Shown: piece by piece, positions 1 to 10,212 of the stretch | Layout: each line of letters opens with the position of its first letter | Position numbering within the stretch: the first letter of the stretch is position 1 | Origin: a bacterium | Lineage (GTDB): Bacteria; Patescibacteriota; Patescibacteriia; UBA1558; S5-K13 | NCBI GenBank assembly: GCA_029555085.1 | Contig: JAKPTO010000015.1 | Coordinates: forward strand, 1 to 38,567 | Reading direction: 5' to 3' | Length of the DNA: 38,567 nucleotides | Program-made: the position numbers and the translations under genes | Notes under the pieces: generated by a model | Seen by the model: only the letters and a program-made list of their open reading frames with translations | What the model was told of the DNA's origin: nothing | Database searches by the model: none

Positions 1-135
1 GATGTTAGTATTATTAATAGATACTTATCAAGATACTTAAAATACTATAATGAAGAAAGATTACATCTTGGTATTAATCTAAAAACACCTAGTCAAATGA
101 TTGCTAAGTGTTGCCAAGCTATTGGATAGAAGACG
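1..135 (+). mobile_element. Right end of an IS481-like insertion sequence (transposase C-terminus 1-129, right inverted repeat ~106-135)
   Basis: Frame 1 reads DVSIINRYLSRYLKYYNEERLHLGINLKTPSQMIAKCCQAIG*, with the YN..R.H..I...TP motif that ends IS3/IS481 integrase cores. 106-125 (aagtgttgccaagctattgg) is the exact reverse complement of 38437-38456. Confidence 0.85.
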
Positions 136-187
136 TAGTAAAATTACGCTATTTTGAATATATAATAAGTGCTAATTTGTCTATATT

Positions 188-1933
188 TTAAGCTATAAAA
201 CCACCAACTTGTTTATTCCAGAGTCTTTTATATAAGCCATTTTTTAAAAGTAGTTCATTGTGCGATCCTTGTTCTATGATTTTACCATTTCCCATTACTA
301 TAATACGATCCATTTTCATTATAGTTGACAATCTATGAGCTATAACTATTACTGTCTTACCGACCATGAGAGAAGTTAATGCTTTTTGTATCAATTCTTC
401 TGATTGAGAATCCAGGGATGAAGTCGCCTCGTCTAATACTAGAATTGGTGAATTTTTTAATATAGCGCGAGCTATTGCAATTCTTTGTCTTTCACCACCA
501 GACAATTTGATTCCTCTTTCCCCAACATAAGTATCATATTTATCTTGAAGTGTTTCTATAAAATCGTGACAAAATGCAAGTTTTGAGGCCTCTATTACTT
601 CTTCATCTTTTGCTAATTCATTGCCATATCTGATATTTTCCATAAGAGTTCTGTGAAATAGTATTGTATCTTGAGGGACAAAACTTATATTTTTCCACAA
701 ACTGTCTTGTGTAACTTTTGTTATTTTTTGATTATCTATAAATATAGAACCACGCTCAACATCATAATTTCTTAAAAGAAGATTTACTATAGTCGATTTA
801 CCAGCACCACTTGGCCCTATTATTGCAATTTTTTCTTTTGCTTGAATTGTTAAGTTAAAATCATGGATTACATTTCTTGTTTGATTGTAATTAAAGTATA
901 CATTTTTAAATTCTATCTTAGGGCCATGTATTATTAATTCTTTTGCATCCTTTAAATCTGTTATTGCATATGGGGTTTCAAAAATTTCTATCATTTCTTT
1001 TGAATCAGAAATATATTCATAATATCTTCTTATCATTCTTCCAAGACGCCATATTCTCATAAATATATTAAGTACATAGGCCTGAATAAGAACAATATCA
1101 CCTATCGTTAGTATATTTTTCTGCCATAATTTCAGAGCTATGAAAAACAATCCTACTTCAAGGGTTATAATAAGCCCACCATGAATTGCCTCAGCTACAT
1201 TACCTAAATTCCAAGAAAATATTCTTAACTTATGAAGCTCCATATTCTTTTCCTCAAAAGCTAAATTTTCCCTATTATTTGCATTAAAAAGTTTAACACT
1301 AATTTGATTTGTTATAGTATCTGCTAATAATCCAGTAATTTCAGAATCTTTTTTAGTTCTTTTTATATCGTGTTTTAATTTGTAAAAACTAAACAAAATG
1401 TTAATTGTACTGTAAATAATGAGCCAAACTACAACAATAAGCGCCATGTATATATTTTTTCTAAATAATACAATTTCTGCTGCAATAAAAGTCGTGATAA
1501 GTGGTAAAAATTCATACATTGCTAAATCCATAACTCCCTCAAAAGAATGTACAAATTTATTTACTTTTTTAACCAAAGATCCAACAAAATTATTATTAAA
1601 AAAATCTATTGAATGTTTATGAATTGCTTTAAAAGATTTATTTGATAAATCTGCCATTACACGCGACTCTAAATATGAAACAAGAAAAGAACCTATCCTC
1701 CAAAAAATCCAACCTATACAATAAATAAACACGACATTAAATAAAAATCCTGTTAATTTAGCAATGTCTCCATTGCCAACTAGTTCATCAAAAAATTTTT
1801 TGTAATACAAAGGAACAACAACATCTGAAAGAGATGCGATTGGTATGGATATTAAACTCAAAATAAGAGAAATTCTATATTTTTTTACATATTTAAAGTA
1901 AATTTTTAATGGTTTACTTTTTTGTTTATTCAT
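188..1933 (-). CDS. ABC exporter, fused permease + ATPase (MdlB/MsbA-like)
   Basis: N-terminal TM domain; Walker A GPSGAGKST, signature LSGGERQR, Walker B ILVLDEATS, H-loop IAHRLST. Confidence 0.95.
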   Translation of the reverse strand: MNKQKSKPLKIYFKYVKKYRISLILSLISIPIASLSDVVVPLYYKKFFDELVGNGDIAKLTGFLFNVVFIYCIGWIFWRIGSFLVSYLESRVMADLSNKSFKAIHKHSIDFFNNNFVGSLVKKVNKFVHSFEGVMDLAMYEFLPLITTFIAAEIVLFRKNIYMALIVVVWLIIYSTINILFSFYKLKHDIKRTKKDSEITGLLADTITNQISVKLFNANNRENLAFEEKNMELHKLRIFSWNLGNVAEAIHGGLIITLEVGLFFIALKLWQKNILTIGDIVLIQAYVLNIFMRIWRLGRMIRRYYEYISDSKEMIEIFETPYAITDLKDAKELIIHGPKIEFKNVYFNYNQTRNVIHDFNLTIQAKEKIAIIGPSGAGKSTIVNLLLRNYDVERGSIFIDNQKITKVTQDSLWKNISFVPQDTILFHRTLMENIRYGNELAKDEEVIEASKLAFCHDFIETLQDKYDTYVGERGIKLSGGERQRIAIARAILKNSPILVLDEATSSLDSQSEELIQKALTSLMVGKTVIVIAHRLSTIMKMDRIIVMGNGKIIEQGSHNELLLKNGLYKRLWNKQVGGFIA

Positions 1934-1939
1934 ATATTT

Positions 1940-1966
1940 AAAATAGACCAGAATATCCGGCCCATT
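1940..1966 (-). terminator. Weak intrinsic terminator-like hairpin after secF
   Basis: Minus strand tgggccgga-tat-tctggtcta (several G-U pairs) followed by tttt. Confidence 0.4.
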
Positions 1967-1990
1967 TATTATAGTAGAAGAATATAATAT

Positions 1991-2992
1991 TTAAGCCCTT
2001 TTTTTAAATTTTAAATCATAAAACATTACTAAAATTGGTGATGCTACAAACACAGATGAATATGTTCCCGCTATAATTCCGAGCATAAGCGCTAGAGTAA
2101 AAAATTTCACAGTTGCTCCACCAAGAAAGAATATTGCAGCAAGAACTATAAATGTCGTAAAAGAAGTATTAAAAGATCTTGGGATGGTTTCATTTATACT
2201 TACATTTACCAATTCTTTAAATGTTAAATTTGTTTTTTTATGTAAATTTTCTCTTATTCTATCAAATGTAACAATTGTATTATTTATAGAATAGCCAAGC
2301 GTTGTAAGAATAGCCGTTATAAAAAGTGCGTCAATCTCAACATTTAAAAATTTTCCAAGTACAGCAAATACTCCGATTATTATTATAATATCATGTGCAA
2401 GCGCCATAAGTGATACTAATCCATATTTCCAGGATTCTACTGGCATTGAAACATGTCTAAATACATATGCTATATATAGCGCTATTGCTATTAAAGCTAA
2501 TATTGTGGCTAAAAGCGATTTATTTTTTAATTCTTTACCAATTATAGGACCTATTGAGTCAAATTTTTGTTCAACTATATTAGTATTTACTGTACCAATA
2601 TTAACTGGAATATCTATAATTTGCCCATCTTGAGTTGTTGCTTGGATTGTTTGGGTTTGCGAATCGTCTCCTGTGCTAAATTTTTCAGCTAATTTTGATA
2701 AAATTTGTTGATGCTTTTCTTCTGTTATGCTAGGCATTTTTATAGAATACTGATTATTTCCCATTGGCTGAATTTGAGCTTGTTCTATTTGCAATTCCTC
2801 AAGTACTTGATTTATTTGGTCAATAGATGGTCTTTCTATATCTTTAAATTCAACAACAAGTATTGATCCTCCAGTAAAATCAGTTCCCAATTTTAATCCA
2901 AACACAGCAATAGCTACAATACTTAAAATTACGAAAATTACGGATACTCCAACGAAGTATTTAGAATTTTTTATTATTTGCAAATTTCTCAT
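1991..2992 (-). CDS. secF: Protein translocase subunit SecF
   Basis: LGTDFTGG, GPIIGKEL, GYSINNTIVTFDRIRE and GTYSSVFVA motifs; lies directly downstream of secD. Confidence 0.96.
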   Translation of the reverse strand: MRNLQIIKNSKYFVGVSVIFVILSIVAIAVFGLKLGTDFTGGSILVVEFKDIERPSIDQINQVLEELQIEQAQIQPMGNNQYSIKMPSITEEKHQQILSKLAEKFSTGDDSQTQTIQATTQDGQIIDIPVNIGTVNTNIVEQKFDSIGPIIGKELKNKSLLATILALIAIALYIAYVFRHVSMPVESWKYGLVSLMALAHDIIIIIGVFAVLGKFLNVEIDALFITAILTTLGYSINNTIVTFDRIRENLHKKTNLTFKELVNVSINETIPRSFNTSFTTFIVLAAIFFLGGATVKFFTLALMLGIIAGTYSSVFVASPILVMFYDLKFKKRA

Positions 2993-3014
2993 ATTATTTA
3001 TTGTCTAAATTATT

Positions 3015-4655
3015 TTATTGCTTAATTTGTTTTTTTGATACACCAAAAAACCATATATATTTTTCCATTTTATCTCTCACAAACAACATTAAAAATGTTC
3101 TTGTTATGGTTATTGCTGAAAACATTGATAATACAATACCTATACCAAGTGTTATTGCAAATCCCTTTATCATACTAGAACCTAAATACAAAAGTATTAA
3201 ACAAGTAATAAGAGAAGAAACATTTGAATCCCTAATTGATGGCCAGGAACGCTTGAATCCTTCTTGTACCGCGAAAGTTAAATTTTTACCAGCCCTAATT
3301 TCTTCTTTTGTTCTTTCAAGAATTAAAACATTTGCATCTACAGCCATACCAAAAGACACTATGAAACCAGTAATTCCGGATAATGTTAATGTTATTGGCC
3401 ACATTTCAAATATCATACCAATTAGAACTCCATATATTGCAAGAGCAATTACAGATATAAATCCTAAAAATCTATAAGCTAGTATCATAAAAATTGCAAG
3501 AACAATAAGACCATAAAGTCCAGCCATTAAACTTTGATTTAAAGATTCCTTTCCAAGTGTTGCTCCAACTGTTTGCTGACTAACTAATTTTATTGGAACT
3601 GGTAGAGCGCCAGCGTTTAATCTTTGTGATAATTGTTTTGCTTCTGTTATTGTGAAATTTCCAGAAATTACAGCTTGCCCCTGACTGATTTTTTCATTTA
3701 CCATTGGTGCTGTTATTATTTCTCCATCAAGAACTATAGCTACTCTTTTTCCAACATTTCTTTCTGTTATTTCAGTGAAAAGTTGCGCGCCCTCGGTGTT
3801 GAATTCTAAAGCTACTTGAGCTTGTCCTGTTGTATTGTCAAAAGTAACATTTGAAGTTTTGAGATGTTTTCCGGAAAGTTGCGTATTAATCCAGCTTGTA
3901 TCCATAGCAGGATTTTGTTTTAAAAACAATATATGTTGGGATTTAACTTCTCTATCACTGTCAGAACCACGCTCCTCTATTTTTTTGATTATATGATAAC
4001 CAAATTGACTTTCAACAACTTGGTTGTACACTTTTCCATTTTGTAATTTATTAAAAATAACATCGGCATATGTAGGATCTAGCAAATCTTGTTTGTAAAA
4101 ATCAACTATTCCGCCATTATCTTTTGATCCTGGATCCTCTGATAATTCTGAGGCTAATTTTGCAAAATCCTCACCAGCTAAAACTTTTTTTAATGTATCT
4201 TCCGCTTTTGATTTTGCCTGCGAATTCAATTGATCCATTTCTTCTGGAGCGAGTGTTTGCCCTTGTTCTTTAAATTCTAATAATGGAGTTTCTCCTATTT
4301 TTTGTATTGCCTCCTGAACATCAAAAACACCAGCAAGCTCTACTATTATTTTATCATCTCCACTTGTTTGAATAACTGGTTCTGCTACTCCAAATGCATT
4401 AACTCTTCTTTCTATTACATCTCTTGCACCTTCAAGAGCAGAGGCTCTATCAGCTGTTTCTATATTAGAAAAATCAGCTTGGTAAACTAAATGCGCACCG
4501 CCCTGTAAATCAAGCCCTAAAAGAGGTTTAAATTTATTAAAAAAAGAACTTCCAGGGACCCAACTTGGAACATTTGGACATACAACTAAAGTAGCAAAAA
4601 TTGTTAAAATAATTATAAGCAAGAAACTTAATCTTACTTTTGATATCTGCGACAT
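3015..4655 (-). CDS. secD: Protein translocase subunit SecD with inserted parvulin/PpiC-type PPIase domain
   Basis: SecD motifs LGLDLQGG, IERRVNAFGVAEP, LNAGALPVP and GMAVDANVLILER; parvulin motifs EDFAKLASELSEDPGSKDNGG and VESQFGYHIIK lie inside P1. Confidence 0.95.
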   Translation of the reverse strand: MSQISKVRLSFLLIIILTIFATLVVCPNVPSWVPGSSFFNKFKPLLGLDLQGGAHLVYQADFSNIETADRASALEGARDVIERRVNAFGVAEPVIQTSGDDKIIVELAGVFDVQEAIQKIGETPLLEFKEQGQTLAPEEMDQLNSQAKSKAEDTLKKVLAGEDFAKLASELSEDPGSKDNGGIVDFYKQDLLDPTYADVIFNKLQNGKVYNQVVESQFGYHIIKKIEERGSDSDREVKSQHILFLKQNPAMDTSWINTQLSGKHLKTSNVTFDNTTGQAQVALEFNTEGAQLFTEITERNVGKRVAIVLDGEIITAPMVNEKISQGQAVISGNFTITEAKQLSQRLNAGALPVPIKLVSQQTVGATLGKESLNQSLMAGLYGLIVLAIFMILAYRFLGFISVIALAIYGVLIGMIFEMWPITLTLSGITGFIVSFGMAVDANVLILERTKEEIRAGKNLTFAVQEGFKRSWPSIRDSNVSSLITCLILLYLGSSMIKGFAITLGIGIVLSMFSAITITRTFLMLFVRDKMEKYIWFFGVSKKQIKQ

Positions 4656-4689
4656 TGTTTTAAATTTATTTGGTTAAGAATTATAATCT

Positions 4690-4718
4690 ATAATAATGTA
4701 ATGATAAAAAAAAGTCAA
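4690..4718 (-). promoter_or_regulatory. Sigma70-type promoter for secDF
   Basis: TTGACT-N17-TATTAT on the minus strand, 35-63 nt upstream of the secD ATG. Confidence 0.55.
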
Positions 4719-4764
4719 TGATAAATAATCATTAACTATATAATATTAACTATTAAAATAGCTT

Positions 4765-5592
4765 TTATTTATTTAAATTTTTATAAGCGCGTTCCCATGT
4801 TTGAGACATTTTAGAAGATATTACATTATCGTGCTTTTTAAAATGTCCGCATAATTTACAAAATGTATCAAGTTCATCCAGCATTAAATCACTTTTATCT
4901 GGAATTGATTTTCTTCCTTTATTTAATTTAAAAACTCTGTCTATTCCGCCAGCAACAGCACATGGGTAATATCCGTACATATTCAAACCCATTCCGCAAT
5001 ATTTAAGAATTTGACAACCATTTCTAAAGTCCTTATTTTTATATTCATCTAAATCAATGGGCGCAATATTAAAAGAAGAAAATTTATTTACAACTGTTTT
5101 TTTATTTGAATTTATAATAATTACATCCTTTGGAACTTTATTTAATTCCTCTTCTAATATTCCATTTGTAACTAAACATATTTTTGTTTTTCTTGAAAAA
5201 TGATTTTTATAATCTAAAATTAAATTAATGATTTCAAAAATATTGGGATGTACTAATGGTTCTCCGCCAACAAGAGAAATTTTGCGCCATTTTATATTTT
5301 TTTCTATGCTCTGTTTTATAAAATCTTGAATTTGTTCTATTGTCATGGATTCTTCAGTTGGCGCCTGAGTACAAGATCTATTACAATTTGGACAACTTAA
5401 ATTACATTTATATGTTATGTCAATTTCTATTGAATTATTGCTTCTTTTGTATTGAAAACCAAAAATTCGAGTCGCAAGTTTAGAGACTCTGATTGGTCTT
5501 ATAAAATCCAATAAAAAGATCTTCAAATTTGTAAGATTATTTTGAAGTTTTTTGGACAAATGCTTTTTTATGTAAGTTCTGTAAACACTCAT
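4765..5592 (-). CDS. Radical SAM protein with Cys-containing C-terminal (Twitch/SPASM-like) region
   Basis: CNLSCPNC motif, GGEPL, TNG, and C-terminal C..C..YYPC..CKLC. The called start overlaps the upstream GT by 56 nt, so the start is uncertain. Confidence 0.88.
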   Translation of the reverse strand: MSVYRTYIKKHLSKKLQNNLTNLKIFLLDFIRPIRVSKLATRIFGFQYKRSNNSIEIDITYKCNLSCPNCNRSCTQAPTEESMTIEQIQDFIKQSIEKNIKWRKISLVGGEPLVHPNIFEIINLILDYKNHFSRKTKICLVTNGILEEELNKVPKDVIIINSNKKTVVNKFSSFNIAPIDLDEYKNKDFRNGCQILKYCGMGLNMYGYYPCAVAGGIDRVFKLNKGRKSIPDKSDLMLDELDTFCKLCGHFKKHDNVISSKMSQTWERAYKNLNK

Positions 5593-6691
5593 TTTGTTTA
5601 TAAAGTTCTTGTATTTGATTTGCTATTTTATTCCATGAAAAATTTTCCTGTATATATTCTGCTGTTTTTTGTGCTTTTGCTAATGCTGTATCATAATTTT
5701 CAATCATCCATGACATTTTTGTTTTTAATCCTTGTACATCTTTATTTTTAAAACCATAAATCAAACCCTTGTCTATAAAATCTTGATTTGCTTCTATTTC
5801 ACTTGCTATCAATGGAAGTCCATGAGCCATGGCTTCAAGAAAAGAAATTGAAAGTCCTTCATTTTCTGATGGTAAAACATAAGCATATGCATGAGTAAAC
5901 AATGCGTCTAAATTTCCATCCATTTGTGTTCCTGTAAAAATTATATTTTTTTCATTTTCTACCATTTTCATAAGTTCCATTTTATAGTCATCATTATGAA
6001 AAGTATCTCCAACTATTACTAACTGAAAATCTGGATTATTTAATTTTTTGTAAGCATCAATTAAATAGTGAACACCTTTATGTCTGATTAATCTTGTTAC
6101 ATATAGAAAATATTTTTTTGGTTTTATGTTGAGTTTTTCTAATATTTCAGTATTTTCGTTTTTTTCTATACTAAAACCATTTGGAATATAATCGACTTTT
6201 TTTCCATAATCATCTAAGCAATATTTTTGAATGTATTGAGAAACGGCAATTGTTTTGTGTGGAAAATAACAAACAGTCCATTCTCCAATTCTTAACATAA
6301 GTCTTGCAAAAAACCCCCATTTTTGATGAAATCTGTCTAAGCAATGAAATGTTCCAACAACTTTTGCGCGTGAAAAAATTCTTGGAATAAAACTCATAAG
6401 AGATGCTCCAACAGAATGATAGTGAATAACATCATATTTTTGAAACAAAGCATGAATTGTAGAAAAGAGAACATGAGTAATTGTGTCTAAATTTTTTGTT
6501 CTTATACTTGGAATTGAAATCAGTTTTACACCTTTATATTCTTTTAAATTTTTATCAGTATAATAATCTCTTGTATACACAAAAACTTCATGACCTAATT
6601 TTGCCATTTCAACAGCCAAATTCTCAACATGCGCTTCAACGCCACCCTGAGTCATTGGAATTCCTTTTTGTCCTATGTATGCAATTCTCAT
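5537..6691 (-). CDS. GT4 family glycosyltransferase
   Basis: GGVEAHV, RLIRHKGV and the EGLSISFLEAMAHG (EX7E) motif. Confidence 0.93.
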   Translation of the reverse strand: MRIAYIGQKGIPMTQGGVEAHVENLAVEMAKLGHEVFVYTRDYYTDKNLKEYKGVKLISIPSIRTKNLDTITHVLFSTIHALFQKYDVIHYHSVGASLMSFIPRIFSRAKVVGTFHCLDRFHQKWGFFARLMLRIGEWTVCYFPHKTIAVSQYIQKYCLDDYGKKVDYIPNGFSIEKNENTEILEKLNIKPKKYFLYVTRLIRHKGVHYLIDAYKKLNNPDFQLVIVGDTFHNDDYKMELMKMVENEKNIIFTGTQMDGNLDALFTHAYAYVLPSENEGLSISFLEAMAHGLPLIASEIEANQDFIDKGLIYGFKNKDVQGLKTKMSWMIENYDTALAKAQKTAEYIQENFSWNKIANQIQELYKQNECLQNLHKKAFVQKTSK

Positions 6692-6701
6692 AATCTATTA
6701 T

Positions 6702-7817
6702 TTAATTATTTACTGTTAGCGCATTATTATATACTTTTACTAAATTTTCATAATAATGAGCCGAAGTAAATATATTATTAATATTATTAGTTAATTTATT
6801 ATCATACATTAAATAATTTATTTTGTCAAGAGTATCTTTTGAATTCTTAAAATCGTATATTAACACACTTTTATCTAATTTTGAAAGTTCTGTATTTCCG
6901 CCCAAATTTACGGCTAAAACAGGCCTTTTTAGACAAATTGACTCAATTATTGCCATATTACAGACTTCATCGCACAAACTTGGAACAACTATAAATTTAG
7001 CTTTTTCTATAATTTTAAATAATTGATCCTGTGGTTTATAACCCAATAATTTAATTTTATTTTCAAAATTTAATTTGTGTATTAACTTTTCAATTTTTGA
7101 TCTTTGATCGCCGTCGCCAACAATATAAAACTGAAAATCACCATTTAAATCTTTTAATATTTTTATAAACTCTACCAAACCTTTTTCTTTTGATAATCTT
7201 CCAAAGTATAAAAAATAATCGTCCGTTTGTGAATTTTGTTCTTTGCTGGAAATATTAGTAAAATTATAAATTACATGCAAATTTTTAAATCCGCGAGATT
7301 CTAATTGATTTTTTATAAATTTACTAGGACAAATGAAAGCATCTATATTTTTTTTGAAACTAAAAAATATTTTTCTAAAAATAAATTCCTTTATTAAAAT
7401 AATATTTTTAAAGTGAAAAGGATTCCATCTTTTGTTTCTATTGTAATTCGGACCTATTATTGAATAATCATGAGTTGTCATTACAATTGGAATATTTTTC
7501 TTTTTTATTTCTGAAATTATTGAAAAACTAAGATGAAAATTTATATTATGAATATGACAAATATCAAAAGTTTTATTTTCCAACATTTTTCTAATACATT
7601 TTTTAGCTTCGAAATTGTAAAAATATTTAAATAAATTTTTTGGTTTTTTATCATTATATTCTGGCCAAAAATCTTCATTTCTTAAATTCTTTTCATTTTG
7701 CATACTAAAAACTGTCACCTCATGACCATGTGATTTTAACATTTCTTCAAGCGCCAAAAGATGCACCTCAGCTCCGCCTCTTGCGTAATAATAATTATTT
7801 ATTAAAAGAATTTTCAT
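6702..7817 (-). CDS. GT4 family glycosyltransferase
   Basis: MKILLIN..GGAE, HDY, FGRLSKEKG and EVCNMAIIES (EX7E). Confidence 0.92.
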   Translation of the reverse strand: MKILLINNYYYARGGAEVHLLALEEMLKSHGHEVTVFSMQNEKNLRNEDFWPEYNDKKPKNLFKYFYNFEAKKCIRKMLENKTFDICHIHNINFHLSFSIISEIKKKNIPIVMTTHDYSIIGPNYNRNKRWNPFHFKNIILIKEFIFRKIFFSFKKNIDAFICPSKFIKNQLESRGFKNLHVIYNFTNISSKEQNSQTDDYFLYFGRLSKEKGLVEFIKILKDLNGDFQFYIVGDGDQRSKIEKLIHKLNFENKIKLLGYKPQDQLFKIIEKAKFIVVPSLCDEVCNMAIIESICLKRPVLAVNLGGNTELSKLDKSVLIYDFKNSKDTLDKINYLMYDNKLTNNINNIFTSAHYYENLVKVYNNALTVNN

Positions 7818-8755
7818 TTGAATAATAATTTAATTTTTTCTTTTATAATCCAATAAATTACTTTATAAAAATATTTTTTCATAGAACCCCTAGTATTACA
7901 AATACTAAAATGTTCTTGTGTTGTATTTTTATATTTTGAGTTTAGAGAATTAAAATTATCAATATTAGCTATTTTTTCATTTATTAAATTACTTGGATAA
8001 ATGTCTCCTTTGGAGTCAATAAAAGCTGAGAAATTTCCAGAATCTGCAGGTATTAATCTTTTCTTATTTTTTAAATAATATAAAAGTCCGTAGTCAAAAT
8101 ATGCTCTAAGCCATTTTTTCATATTCCAGGATTTCAATTGATCACGCACTATATAATTAATTTGATTTTCTAAGTTTTGATCAAAAAATATATTATTATC
8201 TTGTTTATTAAAATATATTTCAGAATTTTGAACAGATGACATTGAAAATTCAACACCTAATTTTTTTGAAAAATCGTAAACAGTTTTTAGTTCGTTTTTG
8301 TTGTTGTTTGAAATTGTAAATGCAATTCCAATATTTTTTATTTTATTTTCTTTCAATTCTTTTATTGTTTGAATAGCATTTTCAAAAGATTTTTCTACTC
8401 CTCTTATTTCATTATGTATTTTTTCTGTTCCATCTATTGAAATTCTAATACCAATATTTTTGTCAATAAAAACTAGCTTTTTCATTAAACTCACAATTTG
8501 ATTTGTTAAAAGTCCATTGCTTGAAATAATTATATTTGAATTGGGATTATTTTTTTTCAAAATTTTAACAATATCGCACAAATCACTTCTTAAAAATGGC
8601 TCGCCACCAGATAAATTTATATATTTTAAATTATGTAATTTTTCAAATTTTTCCAAACTTAAATCAACTGGATTTTCTGTTTTCCATATATTACACATTG
8701 CGCATTTTAAATTGCATTTTTCAGTTATTGCTATAACTAAACTTTTTATTGACAT
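7814..8755 (-). CDS. Radical SAM protein with degenerate SPASM-like tail (start probably 8755 rather than 8848)
   Basis: CNLKCAMC, SGGEPF, SNG, ISIDG. The ATG at 8755 avoids overlap with the divergent gene and puts the CxxxCxxC motif near the N-terminus. Confidence 0.88.
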   Translation of the reverse strand: MSIKSLVIAITEKCNLKCAMCNIWKTENPVDLSLEKFEKLHNLKYINLSGGEPFLRSDLCDIVKILKKNNPNSNIIISSNGLLTNQIVSLMKKLVFIDKNIGIRISIDGTEKIHNEIRGVEKSFENAIQTIKELKENKIKNIGIAFTISNNNKNELKTVYDFSKKLGVEFSMSSVQNSEIYFNKQDNNIFFDQNLENQINYIVRDQLKSWNMKKWLRAYFDYGLLYYLKNKKRLIPADSGNFSAFIDSKGDIYPSNLINEKIANIDNFNSLNSKYKNTTQEHFSICNTRGSMKKYFYKVIYWIIKEKIKLLFK

Positions 8756-8841
8756 ATTTGTATAAAACTTGATTTTTTTAACAATATATGTTAAAAATAA
8801 TATTAATAATAATGTATAAATTGTAGCATATTTATCAATAA

Positions 8842-10212
8842 ATGTCAAATAAATCTAATAAAAAATTAATAATCATTTTAGAGGGAATTTTATCTATTTC
8901 TGCGCTTATTTTTATATCTTTTTTTAATTTAAATTTAAGCGTAGCTCTGGGAATTATAATAATTGCAATACTTATTCCTCTTTTTATAATATTCCCATAT
9001 TATTCTCTTTTGCTTCTACTAATAGTTAGAAATTCTACTGATCTATATGCTGAAAATGTTTTTATTGATTTTTATTTTGTATCTTTAAACTTTTCTTCCA
9101 TACTTGGAATAATGATAATTCTATGGGCAATTTATGTAATTTTAAAAGAAAATATTGACATAAAAAAAATTCCACTTTCTATACCGTGGATTTTATTTTT
9201 ATTTTGTGCGTCCTTAAGTTTAATTTATTCTATTGATAGGGCTAGTACTTTAAAAAATTTAACAAAATTATTCAACTTTTATTTTATTTATATAATTTTT
9301 TATCATTATTTTCAAAACGCTCAAAATAAACATAAAACAAGAAAATATTTTATTTTATCCATTTTATTTTCGTTTTTCATTCCTTTAATATTTGGTTTGT
9401 ATCAATTTATTTTTAATAAGGGATATGTCGGTCCGGAAGGATTAAATAGAGTTTACGGAACTTTTACTCACCCAAATATTTTTTCATTCACATTGCTGTT
9501 TCTCTTATTTATCTTAGTAATTTTGTATACACAAAATTATTATAAAAAAAGAAAAAAAGAAAATAAATTAATATTATGGCTTATTTTTATAACAATATTC
9601 ACATTGATAAATACTTTTACAAGAAGTGCCTGGCTTGGAGCCCTTGCATTTATTTTTCTATGGATGTTTTTATATAAAAAAAATAAAATTTTTAGTGTTC
9701 TATATTGTGTCTCCATTATTGCATTTACTTTATTTTTAGTAATAAATTATACTCCGCTTAAATATTATGATTTTAATAACATTGATTTTGTTAGAAGATT
9801 AACAACTTCTGATACTTCTATTTCTTCTACGCAATGGAGAATGCTCTCCTGGAGACAAATGTCAAGCTATGTTTATAAATCTCCAATCATTGGATTTGGG
9901 CTGGGTACATATAGATTATTAAGAGAAAAACAAATATATTCTAGTGTCTATGAATATCCGTACTATGCCCACAATGATTACTACCAAACACTAATTGAAC
10001 TTGGTGTAATTGGTTTATTTTTTTATTGTAATTTATTATTGCAAACATTTCGCAATATTTATAAAAAATATTTACAAAAAAAAGACAAAACAATTCTTTT
10101 ATCTTTATTTGGAATAATTATTATTTTTTCAATAGGATTTGTTGATAATATTTTAACATCAACTTCCCTACAATGGCTCATTTGGGCCTATATTGCGTTT
10201 TTACTTACCTAA
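8842..10212 (+). CDS. O-antigen ligase / Wzy-like polymerase family membrane protein
   Basis: Many TM helices; RVYGTFTHPN, TFTRSAWLG, PIIGFGLG and AHNDYYQTLIELGVIG motifs. Confidence 0.92.
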   Translation: MSNKSNKKLIIILEGILSISALIFISFFNLNLSVALGIIIIAILIPLFIIFPYYSLLLLLIVRNSTDLYAENVFIDFYFVSLNFSSILGIMIILWAIYVILKENIDIKKIPLSIPWILFLFCASLSLIYSIDRASTLKNLTKLFNFYFIYIIFYHYFQNAQNKHKTRKYFILSILFSFFIPLIFGLYQFIFNKGYVGPEGLNRVYGTFTHPNIFSFTLLFLLFILVILYTQNYYKKRKKENKLILWLIFITIFTLINTFTRSAWLGALAFIFLWMFLYKKNKIFSVLYCVSIIAFTLFLVINYTPLKYYDFNNIDFVRRLTTSDTSISSTQWRMLSWRQMSSYVYKSPIIGFGLGTYRLLREKQIYSSVYEYPYYAHNDYYQTLIELGVIGLFFYCNLLLQTFRNIYKKYLQKKDKTILLSLFGIIIIFSIGFVDNILTSTSLQWLIWAYIAFLLT

